A DNA stretch of 41,438 nt from Candidatus Bilamarchaeaceae archaeon (lineage in GTDB: Archaea > Micrarchaeota > Micrarchaeia > Anstonellales > Bilamarchaeaceae): assembly GCA_038851325.1 (NCBI GenBank), contig JAWCKZ010000007.1:1-41438 (forward strand), in the 5' to 3' direction. Under the pieces are notes generated by a model that did no database searches, was not told the DNA's origin, and saw only the letters and a program-made list of their open reading frames with translations. Shown here piece after piece: positions 38,231 to 41,438 of the stretch; the first letter of the stretch is position 1, and each line of letters begins with the position of its first letter. The position numbers were made by a program, and so were the translations under genes.

Positions 38231-38250
38231 TTTTTTATTTTTTCTTTTTT
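38231..38250 (+). terminator. Oligo-T terminator
   Basis: ttttttattttttctttttt directly after the stop at 38225. Confidence 0.55.
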
Positions 38251-38393
38251 GTGCTTCCGCTTCTGCTTTTCGTAACAGTCTAAGAATTACCCTATTCGTA
38301 AATTTTATTCTCTAAGACGTGCATGAGGTAATCCATGTATTTTTCCTGTTTTTGGCGGGTAGTCATGTATTTCTCAGATTCCCTTTAGGTTAT

Positions 38394-38530
38394 TGGATAC
38401 TCAAAAGGTGGCCTTCTTTGCCTTTGTTCAACTCTTCCAACCCTGGAGAAGTTTTGGGTCGAGATTGATCTCGTCTCTTTTCACAAGCCTTTTATTATAC
38501 TCCGACCAATTTCTTTTGTATTGTATGGGG
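38394..38530 (-). mobile_element. IS5-family (IS903-group-like) transposase N-terminal relic
   Basis: Minus strand gives YKRNWSEYNKRLVKRDEINLDPKLLQGW, then after frameshifts EELNKGKEGH and FEYP. This matches the RNWxEYNxxLVxRG...W...NxGKxGxPFxYP start of such transposases. No DDE part follows. Confidence 0.75.
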
Positions 38531-38644
38531 CTTACCTTAGGTGGATAACTGAGGCTGCCCTCGTGCAATATTCTAATCCTTCACGCTGAGGTCCAATGCA
38601 ATCTTAAAAACATATTCTTATACAGTACATAACAGGTGTAAACT

Positions 38645-38966
38645 ATGGTTGATGATGAGAAAATACATGAGTATATCGAGGCGTTAGGGAGGTAGAGATG
38701 GAGTAGTGCGAGAGAAGGCTTTCGAAGAGCTTGTAAAAATAGGAGAGCCCGCCGTTCTCGCGCTGAGAAACGCTTTGAAGAAATGGACTGTACGAGAAGG
38801 GGCTGCTGAGGCGCTTAAAGCGGTCAACGAAAAAACTAAAGAAACAAAGGCAAAAAAAATGCAGCTTTCAAATCCTTTGAACGAGAAGAAGCTGATGAAA
38901 TTGAAACCGCCTAGAGCAAATAAGACCAAGCAAATCGAGAGAAAAAAGTCAATTAAAATGAAATAA
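38645..38966 (+). pseudogene. Frameshifted HEAT-repeat (PBS-lyase-like) gene
   Basis: The ATG 38645 frame MVDDEKIHEYIEALG stops at 38693. Removing one G from GGG 38687-89 joins it to GRDGVVREKAFEELVKIGEPAVLALRNALKKWTVREGAAEAL. Confidence 0.7.
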
Positions 38967-39252
38967 TCCAAAAAGCCTCCAAAATTTTGGAAAGAAAAAG
39001 GGAAGCACGAGGAGATGCGTAACAGGAAGTTTTGGAAGTATTTGTAGCAAAGAAGATGCGGCATGCTGGCAAATTATCTGCTAAAATACTGATGCTGTCC
39101 GTTTAGTTGTATCTCGTCAAAGTAATTTCCACTAAATTAAAAGTCGTGCAATACAGATACGATCATCCTAATCTTCTTAATCAACTCAAGAGGAGCGTCT
39201 AATAAAGTGTCCTTCAATTCTGAGAAGAACGAAAAAAATTAGTGGTGCCATC

Positions 39253-41438
39253 TTAGCGTTTTCGGGCGCTTATTTTTTTATATAAGATCATGATAACGAA
39301 TAATAGAATTAACATTAGAACCCAATAATACCAGCATATGCCCGCAAGTTCATAACACACTCCCAGCAGACAGCATTCTCCTGGAGCACCTTTTGGCGGG
39401 GGAATTTCTTCTTTAATTTTTTTTGGTTTTATCACCACGACGGGTTTGCTATAGGCATAGCCGTACTCTCGTATGCTTGGAAATCTTTGTAGATAGAACT
39501 CGTATTTTCCTTCTAAAATCGCAGGAACAACAAAACGGCCATATTTATCTGAAATAAATGTAACCACATAACCATTAGGAAGAACAACTGCAATAGTAAG
39601 ATTGCTAGCCGGGGTACCATCCGCGTACACAAAGCCAGTAAAGTTATCGCCAACCGTAACGTTTTTGGTCGCTATATAAACGCTATAATTAATTGGAACA
39701 CATGTATGGTTTTCACATTTTTCAAAATCACTGCAATCCGAATCGTTGTAACATTCATAAGGTATGCATGAATGGTCTTGTACGTAGCCCCTTTCGCATT
39801 CAACTTTTAAACACAGACCATCCTCACAGTACTCATCTTGATTACAGGCGCTATTGTTTTCGCACTGCGGCAAAACCGTAAAGTTAAATTCCCTGAACGC
39901 ATAAGCATGCTCGCTCAGTGCCTCTGCTTTTAGAACAAAAGATCCTATCTTCATTCCGGTTATATTTATTGACCCGTTTTTCACATCTGCACGCGCAATT
40001 GTACCAAGCGATGCGTTTCCGCATACAAAATTCGGGTTTGGTTCTATAAAGAGTTTAACATCATATTCGTTATAGTCGCCTATGTTTTTCACGTATATCT
40101 GAACAGTTTTGACTTGATTTATTATTGCATACTGTGGTTCTATTGGGTAGATATACAATCTATGCTTATGTTCCTCCCCTCCGCCACCACTCGGTGGTGG
40201 TTGCGGACCAGAGGGCTTTTGAAGTATCCCATAAACAGAAGACGGCTGGAAGTTTAGCACTTCAATGTAATTGTCAGTAGTGCTCAGCGTCTGACTACTT
40301 TCATAAGACCAGTTTGTTCCATCGTGTTTCCAGAGCTCGAATCTGTTTTCATCATAGCCTGAAACTTCAGAATCGAGCCATGTAAATCTTATGAGAGGTA
40401 TAGTTGTCTGAAAAGCGAGATAGGTTATATTAACGTATTTTTGTCTAAACGAAAGATAGCCTGGTGGAAGCGTTGCAGGTTTAGGATTCCATCTTATTCT
40501 TATGCCTTGCCCGCTGCCAGTATCGGTATAGTTGATGAGCGTTATGCTCGTACGATTCTCGAAACTGCCGGTTGGGTTGTCTATTGTCGCATTTGTTATA
40601 TTAACATTAATATTGGCTGCCCCGCCACCAGTAAGCCCAATTTCATCGGTATTATTATAGAGATGGAGATTCGCAGCGACAGCGCTGCCCCCTTCTATAT
40701 AAATCCCGTTCTGCACATTGCCGCGTGAAACAATGTCTGTCAGGTTGCTACCAAAACAGTCTAACAGGTAGAAACCATGGAAATTGTTGTAAGCGGTATT
40801 GCTGATAAAGTCAGTGTAATTGCTGCCTATTAAGTGGAAACCGCTGCCGGAGTTGTTATAGGCCGTGTTTTTGGTGAGGGTGTTGTTATCGGAGTTTGAA
40901 TAAAGGTAGAAGCCGTGTTGGGAGTTGTTGTAGACTAGGTTGTTGGCCAGATTGTTATCGGAGCTTAAGATAAAATAAAAACCGTTCCCATTGTTATCAT
41001 GCGCTGAGTTGTTTGTTATGATATTGTAGCGAGCACCAGAGCCAAAAGCAAATCCATGCTGCGCATTCTCAAAAGCTTCATTGTCAATTATTGTATTATA
41101 CCACGCTCCGCCACCCAAAGCGATCCCATAATAACTGTTGTTCCATACCCTATTACTTTTGATAGTATTGTTATTTGATAACTGGCTTAAATAGAAACCA
41201 TTGGTGTTATTGTAACCATTATTGTTTGTAAGATTGTTAAACGTGCTTCCCAGCAGTAAGAAGCCATAAAGAGAGTTGTTGAAACTGCTTACATTTTGAA
41301 CAGTGTCGTAAGCAGTCTTATGCAAATAAACACCAAACTTATATGCTGAGATAGCAGGGCAGTCTCTGATCGTTACATTTATGTAATTCACAGAATCAGA
41401 GCCATTTATCAAGATTCCTGTTGCATTCGATATACCCG
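39253..41438 (-). CDS. Large surface protein: NosD/PbH1 beta-helix repeats, Ig/CARDB-like domains, Cys-rich repeats, C-terminal TM anchor (partial, starts beyond window)
   Basis: Repeated NN...GFYL..S.NN.L.NN units; frame open to the window end; PPPSGGGG linker; CxxxSxC..C....C repeats; TM plus basic tail. Confidence 0.88.
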   Translation of the reverse strand, partial: GISNATGILINGSDSVNYINVTIRDCPAISAYKFGVYLHKTAYDTVQNVSSFNNSLYGFLLLGSTFNNLTNNNGYNNTNGFYLSQLSNNNTIKSNRVWNNSYYGIALGGGAWYNTIIDNEAFENAQHGFAFGSGARYNIITNNSAHDNNGNGFYFILSSDNNLANNLVYNNSQHGFYLYSNSDNNTLTKNTAYNNSGSGFHLIGSNYTDFISNTAYNNFHGFYLLDCFGSNLTDIVSRGNVQNGIYIEGGSAVAANLHLYNNTDEIGLTGGGAANINVNITNATIDNPTGSFENRTSITLINYTDTGSGQGIRIRWNPKPATLPPGYLSFRQKYVNITYLAFQTTIPLIRFTWLDSEVSGYDENRFELWKHDGTNWSYESSQTLSTTDNYIEVLNFQPSSVYGILQKPSGPQPPPSGGGGEEHKHRLYIYPIEPQYAIINQVKTVQIYVKNIGDYNEYDVKLFIEPNPNFVCGNASLGTIARADVKNGSINITGMKIGSFVLKAEALSEHAYAFREFNFTVLPQCENNSACNQDEYCEDGLCLKVECERGYVQDHSCIPYECYNDSDCSDFEKCENHTCVPINYSVYIATKNVTVGDNFTGFVYADGTPASNLTIAVVLPNGYVVTFISDKYGRFVVPAILEGKYEFYLQRFPSIREYGYAYSKPVVVIKPKKIKEEIPPPKGAPGECCLLGVCYELAGICWYYWVLMLILLFVIMILYKKISARKR

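Noticed and set aside
575..40728. Many 60-230 aa ORFs in the track overlapping assigned genes (e.g. 13806-14384, 18369-18866, 30195-30887)
   Set aside because: Antisense or alternate-frame shadows of well-supported genes, with no motifs of their own.

Overview
Archaeal chromosomal segment, most likely from a DPANN cluster-1 lineage such as Micrarchaeota. This is an inference from GGTGA-type RBSs, rpl15e, TFB, LonB, a complete A-type ATP synthase operon, separate unfused PriL and PriS, lineage-specific HEAT-repeat ORFans and very compact gene packing. Most of the window is housekeeping: S-layer gene end, rpl15e, atpHIKECFABD, thpR, pmbA-lonB-phosphohexomutase, ferredoxin-geranylgeranyl reductase, pyrC, a TPR-AAA ATPase, enolase, deoxyhypusine synthase, two cation antiporters, priL-priS, rfcS and tfb. 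Four accessory patches interrupt it (~0.15-1.9, 16.1-18.1, 24.9-29.7 and 38.2-39.2 kb). Highlights: (1) a stand-alone Ni,Fe-CO dehydrogenase (cooS) with all expected cluster ligands, followed only by a small Cys/His membrane protein; (2) an unannotated 44-aa peptide resembling the free-standing C-terminal Cys tail of class II ribonucleotide reductase, inside the replication cluster; (3) twin palindromic operators bracketing the promoter of an AAA+/nuclease-like gene; (4) a dispersed GTTGCAAATT IS-end-like repeat family at accessory-patch borders; (5) a decayed 158-bp duplicate of the phosphohexomutase active-site segment; (6) an IS5-type transposase relic and a frameshifted HEAT gene. No rRNA, tRNA or CRISPR array was seen. 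All product calls come from motif recognition by eye; no database searches were run.
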